Under the pieces are notes generated by a model. The model searched no databases, was not told the DNA's origin, and saw only the letters and a program-made list of their open reading frames with translations. Both the position numbers and the translations under genes were made by a program. 64,000 nt of DNA. Source: an uncultured bacterium (GTDB lineage Bacteria; Krumholzibacteriota; Krumholzibacteriia; JACNKJ01). This document shows, one piece after another, positions 12,167 to 26,828 of the stretch. The stretch lies in contig CAVOFT010000001.1 in the NCBI GenBank assembly GCA_963695095.1, positions 1,440,001 to 1,504,000 of the forward strand, read 5' to 3'. The stretch's first letter is position 1. Each line of letters opens with the position of its first letter.

Positions 12167-13004
12167 TCAGATGCCGACCAGGATGCCGATCGACAGACGC
12201 ACGCCGCTGAGATCCATCGGGTAGGAGCCGCCGAGGATGTCGTTCTTGCCCCAGTCCTCGATTGCGCTCGGGTCCGTTTCCGGCCGGATGTGCTGCAGCG
12301 AGCCCGCGTAGTCGAAGGTCTGGCGGATGTCGCCCATCACTCCTTGCATCTCGGCGTTCAGGGCCACGCGGCTGCCGAAGCGATAGATGAGGCCGGCCAG
12401 GCCGATGTAGGCCATCGTCGTGTCGCGCGCGCCGATGTCGAAGTGCTTGTCCGGCAGCAGCGGAGAATCGGGGTCGTCGTCGTCCACCTGGACGCCGGAG
12501 CTGTTCAAGAGGTCGATCTGCAGGTGGCTGTCGGCCATCACCAGGCCGATTCCGAAGCCGACATAGGGCAGCAGCTTCTGGTTGCGGACGAAATCCAGGC
12601 CGTAGTGCACGGTCAGAGTCGAGCTCGTGCAGGTTCGTCGACAGCTCGCGCGGCGACGTCCATCCCGGGGGCAAGAAGGTCTCCGCACTGCTGTAGCTGG
12701 AGAAGCTGTAGGTGGCCGCCAGGCCCAGCGCCGGTCGATAGGCCCAGTAGGCGCGCAGTCCCGCGGGCGTGCCGGTCTCGAAATCCGTCAGGCGGATCCC
12801 GGGCTCGCTGCCCAGGAGGGGCATGATGTCGTTCGTCCGGAAGAGGAGATCGGCATGGCTGGGCCCGGCATAGGTGGCGACCAAAGGGCCCAGGCTCCAG
12901 CGCGGGCCGTGGAAGCCGGCTACCGGCGGCGCCGCCGAGGCGGTGGCCGCGCTGACGAGGAGGATGACCGTCAGCATCGCAAGCGCGGACAGGGGGCGGC
13001 GCAT
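12167..13004 (-). CDS. Outer-membrane beta-barrel protein (OmpW/OMP_b-brl-like), frameshift ~12620
   Basis: Signal peptide; PYVGFGIG and GLAGLIYRF strands and terminal strand LSGVRLSIGILVGI lie in the second frame. Confidence 0.65.
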
Positions 13005-13055
13005 GGGATCTCCTTCCGGGGGACGCCGAAAGGTAAGGCCGGAAACGACGCAGAA

Positions 13056-14350
13056 TCAAGCCCCTTCGCCGCTCCGCGGAGCCGCCAGCCGAGCGGCCAG
13101 GAACTCGAGGCTGCGCGGCAGGGCGCTCGCGCCGGCTTCGACGAAGGCCAGCGCCGCGGCGCCCGCGCGGGCGAGCTGTTCCGGCTCGTCGAGGCAGCGC
13201 CGCCAGCGCTCGAGCAGTTCGGCCGCATCGGCGACGACGAAGGCGCCGCCGCTCGGCCACCAATCGCCGGGCCTCGTCGGCGCGACCGAAGCGCGGGACC
13301 GCAGAGCACGGCGAGGCCGCGCGCCGCCGGCTCGAGCACGCTGTGCAGGCCGCGCCCGAAGCCGCCGCCCACGAGGGCGAGCTGCCCCGCCGCGTAGAGC
13401 TCGGGCAGGATGCCCACTCGGTCAGCAACGCAGACGCCGCCAGCGGCGAGATCGGCCCGCTCGCCGAGGGTCCACAGGGGCAGGCCCCGCGCCGCGGCGG
13501 CCTCGCGCAGGCGGGCGATCGCCGCGGCCGTGGGCTCGTGGGGCACGAGCAGCAGGCGCAGGTCGGCTCGCGTCGGCCTGAGCGCGGCGAAGGCGGCCAG
13601 CAGCATGTCCTCCTCGACCGGCCAGCTGCTGCCCGCGACGAGACAGAAACCCTCGCCCGCGCCGGCCAGCGGCAGCGGCCGCGCCTCCGCCCGGCGGGCG
13701 AGCACGCGATCGAAGCGCGTGTCGCCGGTGACGGCGAGCCGATCGGCCGCGACGCCGAGCGCCGCGAAGGCCCGCGCGTCGGCCTCGCTCGCGGCCCCGA
13801 TGCCGGTCAGCCGGCGATGGAGCGGCGCCGCGATCAGGCGGCCCGGCCAGCGGGCGCGTCCCGAGTCCGTCCCCAGCGCCGCGCCGAGCAGCAGCACGGG
13901 GACGCCGCGGCGCTCGGCCTCGAGCACGAGGTTGGGCCAGAGGTCCCACTTGACCGCGATCACCGCCCGCGGGCGGAAGGCGGCCAGGAGCCGAGCCATG
14001 GCCCGCGGCGTGTCCAGGGGCAGGGGGAGCACCAGGTCCGCCTCGCCGAGCCGCTCGCCGGCGGCCCGCGCCGAGATCGAGCTCAGGGTGACGAGCAGCC
14101 CCGCCTCGGGATCGCGGGCGCGCAGACCCGCGAGCAGGGGCCGCGCCTGCTCCAGCTCGCCGGCGCTGGCCGCGTGGAGCCAGTAGCGCGGGTTGCGCGC
14201 GGCGAGCCGGGCGAGCGCCGCCGGCGCGGGGGGACAGTCCCGACGCCAGCGGAGCCCGGCCCGCAGCTTGGGCGCCCAGGGCGAGGCCACCCTGGCCAGC
14301 GCCGGCAGGAGCGGCGAGAGGAATCGGTAGAGCCCCAGCCACGGGTTCAC
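13056..14350 (-). CDS. waaA: 3-deoxy-D-manno-octulosonic acid (Kdo) transferase, two frameshifts near 13250-13290
   Basis: WLHAASAGE, LPLDT, DLWPN, VTGDTRFD, VAGSSW, LVPHEP, VGGGF..GLHSVLEPAA; corrected frame ends at TGA 13056-13058. Confidence 0.85.
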
Positions 14351-15387
14351 TGCAGCGCCCCCATGTCCGCCAGGGCGGCGAGGACGGACTCGACGCCGAT
14401 CGCGGCCAGGCAGTTGCCGTGGCCGAAGCGACAGGGCTTCTCGCCGTGCAGGGAGCAGGGCCGGCAGGCGAGCGGCAGCTCGAGCAGGCGGCTGGCGCCG
14501 AGGCGCGGCGCGAAGCCGAAGGCGGGCACCGTGGGACCGTAGAGATCGATCACGGGCCGTCCCACGAGCTCGGCCAGGTGCACGAGGCCGCTATCGCCCG
14601 CCACGAGGGCGCGCGCGCGCGCGAGCGCCGCCGCCACGTGGGAGAGGGGTCGATCGCCGCTGTAGTCCACGGCGCCGAGGGCGGCCAGCGCAGCGCAGGC
14701 CTCGCGCTCGTCCGGCCCGCCGACGAGCAGCAGCGGCCAGCGCCCGGCCAGGCGCTCGACGAGGGCGGCGGCGTGCGGCCAGGTCTTGGCCGGCCAGGCC
14801 GCGCCCGGGGCCAGGGCGATGGGCCGGACCCCGGCGGGAAGGCCGAGGGCGGCCAGCTCGGCGTCCACGCCATCGCCGAGGGCAGCGGCGAGCGGGTAGG
14901 CGGCCGCTCGCCCGCCCGCGGGCCGGTAGGCCTCGCCGAGGGCGGCCGCGACCGTGGACCGATGGCGGATCCACACGGGCGTCAGCGGGGCGCGCGGCCG
15001 CAGGAGTGCCGGCCAGCCGGGACGGGCGATCATCAGTCGCCGGCGCAGGTCGTGCCGGGGGCTGGCCCACCAGCCCAGCCGGGGCGCGGCGAGCTGCCGC
15101 CGGAGCAGGCGGCTGCGCAGGTTGCCGTGGAAATCGAGAACGCGGTCGAAGCCCTCGCCGGCCAGGTTGCGGCCCAGCGCGGCGAGCTCCGCGCGGCCGG
15201 CCCCGCGGGGCAGGGTCCAGAGCCGATCGAGCTGCGGCAGCGGCTGCAGCAGCGAGGCCCAGGGCTCGAGCACGAGGAAGTGGCGCTCGCCGGCCGGCTC
15301 GCTGGCCGCCAGGTCCCAGAGGGCCGGCAGCGTGAGTGCCAGGTCGCCGAGCGAGCCGAAGCGGATGAGCAGTGTCTTCGTCGGCAT
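14347..15387 (-). CDS. Glycosyltransferase family 9 (LPS heptosyltransferase-like)
   Basis: LLIRFGSLGD, LAPGAAWPAKTWP, GDSGLVHLA, LYGPT, CRPCSLHG..PC. Confidence 0.9.
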   Translation of the reverse strand: MPTKTLLIRFGSLGDLALTLPALWDLAASEPAGERHFLVLEPWASLLQPLPQLDRLWTLPRGAGRAELAALGRNLAGEGFDRVLDFHGNLRSRLLRRQLAAPRLGWWASPRHDLRRRLMIARPGWPALLRPRAPLTPVWIRHRSTVAAALGEAYRPAGGRAAAYPLAAALGDGVDAELAALGLPAGVRPIALAPGAAWPAKTWPHAAALVERLAGRWPLLLVGGPDEREACAALAALGAVDYSGDRPLSHVAAALARARALVAGDSGLVHLAELVGRPVIDLYGPTVPAFGFAPRLGASRLLELPLACRPCSLHGEKPCRFGHGNCLAAIGVESVLAALADMGALQ

Positions 15388-15535
15388 CGGGCGCGCGCTC
15401 CCCGGCGCCTCCCGCGGCTGGCGGGAAGCGCGCCAGTCTAGGGCGGCCCACCGGAAGCGTCAAGCGAGGCCGGCTTCTTGTTGACAGGAGGGGGTGGCCC
15501 GGGGAAGCTGGCCGCGAGGATCGAGGATCGTCACC

Positions 15536-16558
15536 ATGGACCCAACTCGCGAGCCGGTCGGCATCGATGCGCACGACCTGCGCCACCTGCTCAGCCTGCT
15601 GGCTTGCGACCTCCGACTCACGCGGGGGCGCCTGGGCGGGGCGGCGGCTGAGCGCCTGCCCGCGCTCGGCGCGCTGCTGGCGCGCCTGGACGCGGGCCTC
15701 GACGGCATCGCCGGCTCCTTCGCGGTCGGTCTGCACGCGAGCGCCGATCTGCGGCCCGCGCCCGGCGGGCGACCGCTGGCGGACCGCGCCGACCTCGTGG
15801 CGGCGCTCTGGGAGCGCTTCGAGCGCGCGGGCCGCCTCCCGGCGGGCCGCGCGAGCCTGACCCTGGAGCGGCCCCTGCTGTGGCCCGGCCCGGGCCCGCT
15901 CTGGCAGAGCCTCCTGCTCAACCTGCTCACGAACGCTTGCGCGGCAGCTCCGGACGGACCGGTGGCCCTGATCGCCGATGCCGATGGCCTGCGCGTGCGC
16001 AATGGCGGCCGCCTGCCCGCGCCCAGCCTGGTGGCCGCGCTCGCCGCGGGCCAGTCGCCGCCTCCCGGCGCCGATGGTCACGGCCGCGGCCTGGGGCTCA
16101 TCGTCAGTGCTGCGCGCAGCCTGGGCCTGCATCTCGAGCCTCAGCTCGACGCGGAGGCGGGCAGCTTCGAAGTGGCCTGCCAGCGCGCGCCGCGCGGCGC
16201 GCCGGCCCTCCTGCTCGTCGAGGACGACGCCGATCTGCGCGAGATGCTCGCCGAACTGCTGCGCGCCGAGGGTTTCCGCGTGCAGGTCCGGGCCGGGGGC
16301 GAGGGCCCGGCCCCGGCGGCAGGGCGCTACGCCGCGATGGTCGCCGATCTCAATCTGCCCGGCACGGGCGGGGACCGCTTGCTCGCCGCCTGGCGCGAGG
16401 CCGATCCCGGCCTCTTCACCCTGCTGCTCACCGGCGACAGCGCGGCGGCCGACCGCCGCTGGCCCGGCGTCGATGCGGTGCTGGTCAAACCGGGGCTCGG
16501 CCGCCTGCGCGAGCTGCTTGCGCCTCTGCGCCGCCAGCGGCCGGGGAGCGGCGCATGA
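15536..16558 (+). CDS. Sensor-less hybrid histidine kinase-like/receiver protein
   Basis: H-box-like AHDLRH, N-box LLNLLTNA, G2 box GHGRGLG, then REC domain LLVEDD...ADLNLPG...LLTG...LVKP; TTGACA at 15481. Confidence 0.65.
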   Translation: MDPTREPVGIDAHDLRHLLSLLACDLRLTRGRLGGAAAERLPALGALLARLDAGLDGIAGSFAVGLHASADLRPAPGGRPLADRADLVAALWERFERAGRLPAGRASLTLERPLLWPGPGPLWQSLLLNLLTNACAAAPDGPVALIADADGLRVRNGGRLPAPSLVAALAAGQSPPPGADGHGRGLGLIVSAARSLGLHLEPQLDAEAGSFEVACQRAPRGAPALLLVEDDADLREMLAELLRAEGFRVQVRAGGEGPAPAAGRYAAMVADLNLPGTGGDRLLAAWREADPGLFTLLLTGDSAAADRRWPGVDAVLVKPGLGRLRELLAPLRRQRPGSGA

Positions 16559-17808
16559 GCCTGGATCTCGTGGTCGCGGGCCTGTGTCTCGGCCTGCTCG
16601 CCTGCTCGGCCTTCTTCTCGGGTGCGGAAACGGCGCTGTTCGCCCTCGGGCCTCAGCAGCGCCATGAGCTGGCTCAGCGCAGTGATCCGGCGGCCCGCCG
16701 GGTCACCCGCCTGCTGCACGACCTGGGCTCGGTGCTCATCACCATCCTGATCGGCAACACGCTCGTGAACATCACGCTGGCGGCGCTGGCCTCCCGGCTC
16801 ATCCTGGGTTACCTGGGCGAGACGAGCGGCCCCCTGGTGACGCTGGGTCTGGTGACGGGCCTGCTCGTGGTGTTCGGCGAGATCCTGCCCAAGAGCGTGG
16901 CCGTGGGTACGCCGATGCGGACCAGCCTGCGCGTGGCGGGGCCGCTCCTGCGCGTCCAGCAGCTGCTGGCCGGACCCACGGCCCTGCTGCGCCGGCTGAG
17001 CCGCAAGCTGCTCGGCGTGCTCGAGCGCCTGCTGCCGGGCGACAGCCTGGCGATACGCGGCGAGGAGATGCTGGCCCTGCTCAGCCTCGGCGAGGAGAGC
17101 GGCAGCTTCCGCGCGCGCGAACGGCAGCTCGTCGAAGGGGTCTTCCAGCTCGGCGACCTGCGCGCCGGAGCCCTGATGACCCCGCGCGTGGACCTCTTCC
17201 TGCTCGAAGCCGGCACCACGGTCGAGGCGGCAGCGGGGGCCATGCGCCGCGCCGGCCACAGTCTCGCCCCCGTCTACCGCGAGTCCAGCGACCACATCGT
17301 CGGCGTGGTGAGCGCGCTGGCGCTCTTGGCCGAAACGGATCTCGCGCGGCCCGTCGGCGAGTTGGCCGAACCAGTCGAGTTCTGCCCGGAGAGCCGCAAG
17401 GCGGATGCCCTGCTCGTCGAGCTGCTCGCGCAGGACGCTGCCCTGGCCATCGTGCTCGACGAGTACGGCGCCCTCGCCGGTCTCATCAGCGTGGACGACC
17501 TGTTCGGCCTCGTGGTCGGCCGGCTTCGCCAGCAGAGCAAGGACGAGCTGCACTATCGGCTTCTGGACGCCGGCACCCTGATCGCCTCCAGCCGCCTGCC
17601 CGTGATCCGCTTGCCGGAGATCCTGGGGCTGCGCCTGCCGCCGGCGGAGGCCGAGACCCTGGGCGGCTACCTGATGGAAAGGCTGGGAGAGGTGCCGGAG
17701 ATGGGCCACTCCTACCGCATCGATGGGCTGACCTGGACCGTGCTCTCCGCGCGCGGCCCGGCGCTGGGCGCCTTGCGCATCGAGCGGGCTGGGGAGCGCG
17801 CGCCATGA
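16555..17808 (+). CDS. CNNM/DUF21-CBS-CorC (hemolysin family) protein
   Basis: SAFFSGAETALF, ILIGNTLVN, FGEILPK, MTPRVD, LDEYG, ETLGGYL; ATG overlaps upstream TGA. Confidence 0.9.
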   Translation: MSLDLVVAGLCLGLLACSAFFSGAETALFALGPQQRHELAQRSDPAARRVTRLLHDLGSVLITILIGNTLVNITLAALASRLILGYLGETSGPLVTLGLVTGLLVVFGEILPKSVAVGTPMRTSLRVAGPLLRVQQLLAGPTALLRRLSRKLLGVLERLLPGDSLAIRGEEMLALLSLGEESGSFRARERQLVEGVFQLGDLRAGALMTPRVDLFLLEAGTTVEAAAGAMRRAGHSLAPVYRESSDHIVGVVSALALLAETDLARPVGELAEPVEFCPESRKADALLVELLAQDAALAIVLDEYGALAGLISVDDLFGLVVGRLRQQSKDELHYRLLDAGTLIASSRLPVIRLPEILGLRLPPAEAETLGGYLMERLGEVPEMGHSYRIDGLTWTVLSARGPALGALRIERAGERAP

Positions 17809-18842
17809 ACACCTGGCTGTTGATCTTCGCGCTGGCCACCCTGTCCTCGGCCTACTTCTCGGGCAGCGAGACGGCCGTGATCGCCGCCGGGCGCTTGCGC
17901 CACCGGGCAGATCGGGATCGGGGTCAGCGCCTCGCCGGTTTCGCCGATCGACTCTACCGCCACCCCGAGCGGACCCTGGCCGTGCTCCTCATCGGCACGA
18001 ACCTCAGCAACGTGCTCGCCTCCCTGGCTGGCCTATTCCTCACCGAGCGCTGGCTGGCCGCTGCCGGCGCGCATCTCGGTCCGCTCTGGAACGACCTGCT
18101 CTCCTCGCTCTGGGTGACAGCTCTCGTGCTCGTCTTCGGCGAGGTGCTGCCCAAGGGCATCGGCCATCACTACGCCTTCCGGATCTCCCGCCTGAGCGCG
18201 CCGCCCCTGTTGCTCTTCTCCATCCTGGCCCTGCCTCTCGTGCTGTGCCTGGACGGATTGATCTGGCTGCTGCGCCTCTTCCCCGGCCTCGGCGGGGGAA
18301 ACAGGGACGGAGTGTCCTGGGAGACCGTGCGCCAGCACGTCGAGGCGGGTCGGGCGGCCGGTGTCGTCGGGGCGGACCAGGAGCGCGCCATCGAGCAGAT
18401 CAGCCTGCTGGGCGAACTCGATGCCGCCCACCTGATGCGCCCCCTCAGCGCACTGACGCTCTTTCCGATCGACGGCGACGCCGAGGAACTCCGCCGGCTA
18501 CTCATCGCCAAGCACAGCTCGGCGGCCTTCCTCTACGAGGGTCGCCCCGGCCACCTGCTCGGCGTCCTGCCCGCTCGCCGGCTCCTGGGCGGCGACCTCT
18601 ATCCGACACTGCGCGCGCAGATGGAGCCGCTGCTGCAGGTAGACGGGGGCATCCCGGCCCTGGAGCTGCTGGATTCGCTGCAGCCTGCGGGCCACAGCCT
18701 GGCCCTCGTCACGGACGCCGCCGGCGAGGCCCGGGGGGTCGTCTACCTGGCGGACGTGTTGCGGGAACTCTTGCACCAGAAGGAGGCCGCCGGCTGGGGC
18801 GATCTTCCCGACCAGGGGGAGGCCTGTTTACCGGAATCTTGA
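17805..18842 (+). CDS. CNNM/DUF21 domain protein with degenerate CBS pair
   Basis: SAYFSGSETA, LLIGTNLSN, FGEVLPK; paralogue of the upstream gene. Confidence 0.85.
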   Translation: MNTWLLIFALATLSSAYFSGSETAVIAAGRLRHRADRDRGQRLAGFADRLYRHPERTLAVLLIGTNLSNVLASLAGLFLTERWLAAAGAHLGPLWNDLLSSLWVTALVLVFGEVLPKGIGHHYAFRISRLSAPPLLLFSILALPLVLCLDGLIWLLRLFPGLGGGNRDGVSWETVRQHVEAGRAAGVVGADQERAIEQISLLGELDAAHLMRPLSALTLFPIDGDAEELRRLLIAKHSSAAFLYEGRPGHLLGVLPARRLLGGDLYPTLRAQMEPLLQVDGGIPALELLDSLQPAGHSLALVTDAAGEARGVVYLADVLRELLHQKEAAGWGDLPDQGEACLPES

Positions 18843-18871
18843 GCCCTCTGATCTGGCATAGCGAATGAATC

Positions 18872-18900
18872 TTGACCTTAGAGCCACTTTTTCTTATTTT
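18872..18900 (+). promoter_or_regulatory. Putative sigma70 promoter of the XRE-cupin pair
   Basis: TTGACC-N17-TATTTT in an AT-rich patch. Confidence 0.55.
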
Positions 18901-18944
18901 TTCGCCAACTCGCTGCTTTCATTCCAATGCTGTTAAGGAGCGAC

Positions 18945-19511
18945 ATGCAAGCCCTGGGCAAGGCGGAGATCGGCGAGCGCCTCAAGCGCTACCGCCTGGA
19001 GAAGAAGTTGACGCTCAAGGAGATCGAGGCCCTGAGCGGCGTATCGGCCACGCATATCTCCGAGATCGAGCGCGGCAAGTCCAGTCCGACGGTCGGCGCG
19101 CTCACGCGCATCGCCAAGGCGATGGGTACCGAGGCCGCCTTCTTCGTCGAAGCGGAGGAACTGCCCCAGATCAACCAGCTCAGCGCCGGCAATCGCCGCC
19201 GCTACCGCTTCATGGAGCCGCCGGTATCGATCGAGTCGCTGTCGGGCAGCGTGCCGCACTCGCGCATGTCGGTGATGCTGATGACCTGGGACAAGGGCGC
19301 CGTCTCGACGGGCGAAGTGAACCGCCACGAGGGCGAGGAGTTCATCCTCGTGCGCAAGGGAATTCTCGAAGTCTATGTCGAAGAAGGCCGCCACATCCTC
19401 AAGGAAGGCGACAGCCTCCACTATCACGCCGCGAGCCCGCACCGCATCGAGAACATCGGCGATGCCGCCTGCGAAGCGCTCGTGGTCACCGTGCCCAGCT
19501 TCAAGATCTAG
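18945..19511 (+). CDS. XRE-family HTH + cupin transcriptional regulator
   Basis: AAGGAG RBS; IGERLKRYR..LTLKEI..SGVSATHISEIERGKSSPT; cupin HEGEEF...LKEGDSLHY...PH. Confidence 0.9.
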   Translation: MQALGKAEIGERLKRYRLEKKLTLKEIEALSGVSATHISEIERGKSSPTVGALTRIAKAMGTEAAFFVEAEELPQINQLSAGNRRRYRFMEPPVSIESLSGSVPHSRMSVMLMTWDKGAVSTGEVNRHEGEEFILVRKGILEVYVEEGRHILKEGDSLHYHAASPHRIENIGDAACEALVVTVPSFKI

Positions 19512-19522
19512 GAGGGGTGGCG

Positions 19523-20092
19523 ATGGAGATCCAGGAACTCGGTGGGCGCATCAAGCGGATCCGCAAGTCGAAGGGGATGACCCTCAAGGACATCGAGTCG
19601 CGCAGCCGCGTATCGGCCACGCACATCTCGGAGATCGAGCGGGGCAAGACGAGCCCCACGATCGGGGCGCTTTCGCGCATCGCCTCCGCGCTCGGCAAGG
19701 ATACGTCCTTCTTTCTCGAGACCCAGAATCTCGAGGACGTCAGCCACATCAAGTACGAGGAGCGGCAGAAGGAGGACTTCAAGTCCGCGTCCGGGTACTT
19801 CCAGCGGCTGACGCGCGGCATCCCCGGCGGCCGCCTGCAGGTCTATCGCCTGCATCTGGATGCGGGCGCCGAGCTGCGCTATGCCCAGGCCGGCCAGGAA
19901 GGCGAGGCGACCCTCGTGCTCGAGCAGGGCCGCCTCGAGTTCCGGGTGGACGAGGAGACCTACCAGATGAGCGCCGGCGACAGCATGCACTTCACGGAGA
20001 TCAACGTGCCGGCAATCCGCAACATCTCGACGCGGGACACGGCCGATCTGCTGTTGATCAGCATCCGCCGCCACAGCATCGACGGTTTCTAG
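19523..20092 (+). CDS. XRE-family HTH + cupin transcriptional regulator (paralogue)
   Basis: GGAGG RBS; LGGRIKRIRKSKGMTLKDI..VSATHISEIERGKTSPT; cupin EGEA...MSAGDSMHF. Confidence 0.9.
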   Translation: MEIQELGGRIKRIRKSKGMTLKDIESRSRVSATHISEIERGKTSPTIGALSRIASALGKDTSFFLETQNLEDVSHIKYEERQKEDFKSASGYFQRLTRGIPGGRLQVYRLHLDAGAELRYAQAGQEGEATLVLEQGRLEFRVDEETYQMSAGDSMHFTEINVPAIRNISTRDTADLLLISIRRHSIDGF

Positions 20093-20100
20093 GAGGCGCC

Positions 20101-20425
20101 ATGGCCGCCGACGAGCGCGACATCCAGTTCCTCAGCCTTATCTTCAGCCTCCAAGCTGCGGCCCTGCAGCAGCTGGGCAAGCTGGTGCATCCGATGAGCG
20201 GGGAGGTCGAGCGCGACCTCGCCGCCGCCCGCCAGAGCATCGACCTGCTCGAGTGCCTGGCGCGCAAGACCCAGGGCAACTTGAGCCGCGAGGAAGCCCG
20301 CGCGCTGCAGGACATGCTCACCACCCTGCGCCTGAACTACGTGGACGAGTTGAAGAAGGGCGAGCCGGCTGCAGATCCCGGTGCGGACGAGGCCGCCCCG
20401 GCGGAGGGCGACGAGAGAGCATCCG

Positions 20426-20442
<17 letters not shown>
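20101..20442 (+). CDS. DUF1844 domain protein
   Basis: FLSLIFSL..AALQQLG...DL..ARQSIDLL..L..KTQGNL..EE..L...L..LRLNYV. Confidence 0.8.
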
Positions 20443-21760
<1,318 letters not shown>

Positions 21761-21761
21761 G

Positions 21762-22706
21762 TCAGCGCCCGCTCCCCGCGAATCCGGCCGGACCGGGCTC
21801 GTCCTCCCGCTCGTCGGCTTTCACCGCCTGCCAGACGCGCTCCATGGTCGCCAGCGGCAGCTCGCCCAGGGGCTGACCAGCGCTCGCCAGCTGCCTTTCC
21901 ATGGCAGCGAAACGCCGGAGGAACTTCGCATTCGCGCCTTCGGCCACCGCCTCGGCGTCCAGGCCCAGCCAGCGCGCGAGATTGGCGAGCACGAAGAGGA
22001 CGTCGCCCAGCTCGTCCTGGACGCGGTCCAGGGCAGCCGCGTCCAGGGCCTGGCGATAGCGCGCCGAAGGCGCTCCGCCGCCCGCGGGCGGGGCCGCGGG
22101 CAGTTCCCTCAGCTCGCGGCGCAGTTCCTGGGTCTCTTCCTCGAGCTTGGCGAGCACGCCGTCCAGATCCGGCCAGTCGAAGCCGACGCCGGCCGCCCGC
22201 TCCTGGTAGCGATGGCTCCGGGCCAGGGCGCCCAGACTGCGGGGGAGGGGCTTGAGCAGGCCGCCGGGCTCGCCGCGCGCGGCGCGTTCCTCGCGTTTGA
22301 CGGCCTCCCAGACCCTGAGCTGGGCGGCGCTGTCGGCAGGAGGGGGCTGAGCCGATCCGGTCGGGTCACCGGCTGCAGCGGGGAATAGCTGAGGATGGCG
22401 TCGCCGCAACTTGGCGTCGATGGCGACCAGGGCCGCGGCGGCGGCTTCCGGCTCGGCGGCCGCAGCATCCCGCGTCAGCCGCTGCAGGGCGAACAGGAGC
22501 AGGTAGGCGAGGTCGCCGATCTCCTCGGCTTGGCCCACACTGTCATTCTGGTCGCAGGCCTCCAGCCACTCGTGGCCCTCCTCGATGAGATGGCGGGCGA
22601 GATCGGCGGGCTTCTGCTCAAGGTCCCAGGGACAACCATCGGGCGCGAGCAGGCGCTCGAGGGTGTTCCAGAGCTGCCGGAGCTCGCGATCGGGAAAGTT
22701 CGCCAT
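21762..22706 (-). CDS. mazG: Nucleoside triphosphate pyrophosphohydrolase MazG
   Basis: GCPWD, EEIGDL, KLRRRHP, WEAVK..E, AAGVGFDW, KLEEE, DELGDVLF, NAKFLRRF. Confidence 0.92.
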   Translation of the reverse strand: MANFPDRELRQLWNTLERLLAPDGCPWDLEQKPADLARHLIEEGHEWLEACDQNDSVGQAEEIGDLAYLLLFALQRLTRDAAAAEPEAAAAALVAIDAKLRRRHPQLFPAAAGDPTGSAQPPPADSAAQLRVWEAVKREERAARGEPGGLLKPLPRSLGALARSHRYQERAAGVGFDWPDLDGVLAKLEEETQELRRELRELPAAPPAGGGAPSARYRQALDAAALDRVQDELGDVLFVLANLARWLGLDAEAVAEGANAKFLRRFAAMERQLASAGQPLGELPLATMERVWQAVKADEREDEPGPAGFAGSGR

Positions 22707-22819
22707 GGCGGCCACCCTAGCACGGGGGCCGAGAGCGGACAAGCGGGGCCGATGGGCGTTGACGCCTCGCGCACGGGGCCGCTAAGCTGATCGATCACTC
22801 CGAAGGAAAGTTCGCGCGC

Positions 22820-25593
<2,774 letters not shown>

Positions 25594-25597
<4 letters not shown>

Positions 25598-26559
25598 GAA
25601 TCCTGGTCACCGGCGGCGCCGGCTACATCGGGGGCGCCTTCCTGCGCGCGGCCCTGGCGGCGGGCCACCAGCTGCAGGTGATCGACAACCTCAGCACCGG
25701 CCATGCGGACAGCCTGCCGCCGGGGCTGCCCTTCACGCAGGCCGATCTGCGCGAGCGGCGCTGGCTGGATTCCTTGCTGGCCGGGAGCGAGGCCGTCGTT
25801 CACTTCGCGGCCCGCAGCCTGGTCGCCGAGTCGATGGCCGATCCGGTCGGCTACTATCGCGACAACCTCGGCGCCTTCCTGGCGCTGCTCGCCGGCATGG
25901 AGAGCTGCGGCCCGCGCCTGCTCGTCGTCTCCTCCTCGGCGGCCGTCTATGGCCTCGGCGAGGGCCGGCCCTTCCGCGAGGAGGATCCCTGCCGGCCGGT
26001 GAATCCCTACGGCGGCACCAAGCTGGCAATGGAACAGGTGCTCGCCCACGCCGCGCCGCGCCTGGGCATCGCCTACTTCTGCCTGCGCTACTTCAATGCG
26101 GCGGGTGCCCTGGCCGACCACGGCGAGCGCCACGAACCGGAGACCCACCTGATCCCCTTGGTCCTGGCCGCCGCGGCGGGGGGCGCGCCGCTGACCCTCT
26201 TCGGCGAGGACTACCCGACGCCCGACGGCACTTGCATCCGCGACTATGTCCACGTGGCCGACCTCGCCGAGGCCCACCTGGCGGCCCTTGACGTGCTGGC
26301 CGGCGGCCATGCGGCCGGCGGACCGCTCAATCTCGGCACGGGCCGTGGCCATTCGGTGAAGGAGGTGCTGGCCAGCGCGGAGCGGGTGACGGGCAGACGT
26401 CCGCGGCTGGAGCGCGGCGCCCGCCGCCCGGGAGATCCGGCGCGCCTGGTGGCCGGGGTCGAGCGGGCCCGCGCGCTGCTCGGCTGGACGGCCCGGCAGC
26501 CCGAACTCGACGCGATCGTGGCCTCGGCCTGGGCCTGGATGGAGTCCCGGAACCCTTGA
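25594..26559 (+). CDS. galE: UDP-glucose 4-epimerase
   Basis: ILVTGGAGYIG, VHFAA, SSSAAVYG, PYGGTK, LRYFNAAGA, DGTCIRDYVHV. Confidence 0.92.
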
Positions 26560-26609
26560 AACCGGTGCAGTTGACAGGGCCCGGCGACTGTGCTTTTTTA
26601 GGCCGCGCC

Positions 26610-26682
<73 letters not shown>

Positions 26683-26752
26683 CCCAAGCTGCCGAGCCGG
26701 CTCCCACCAGGGCCGGCTCGCGCTGCTTCTTGTCCCAGCCCCCGCGCGGGGA

Positions 26753-26813
26753 TTGACAAACTCCCTGATTTGCGCTAAGTTTGGGGTTATCAGACTTTTA
26801 ACTCTGAATAACC
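26753..26813 (+). promoter_or_regulatory. sigma70 promoter plus downstream palindromic operator of the Rrf2 gene
   Basis: TTGACA-N17-TAAGTT (26753-26781), then GGTTATCAGA-N8-TCTGAATAACC inverted repeat. Confidence 0.65.
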
Positions 26814-26828
26814 TACCTGGGGGCTCCC

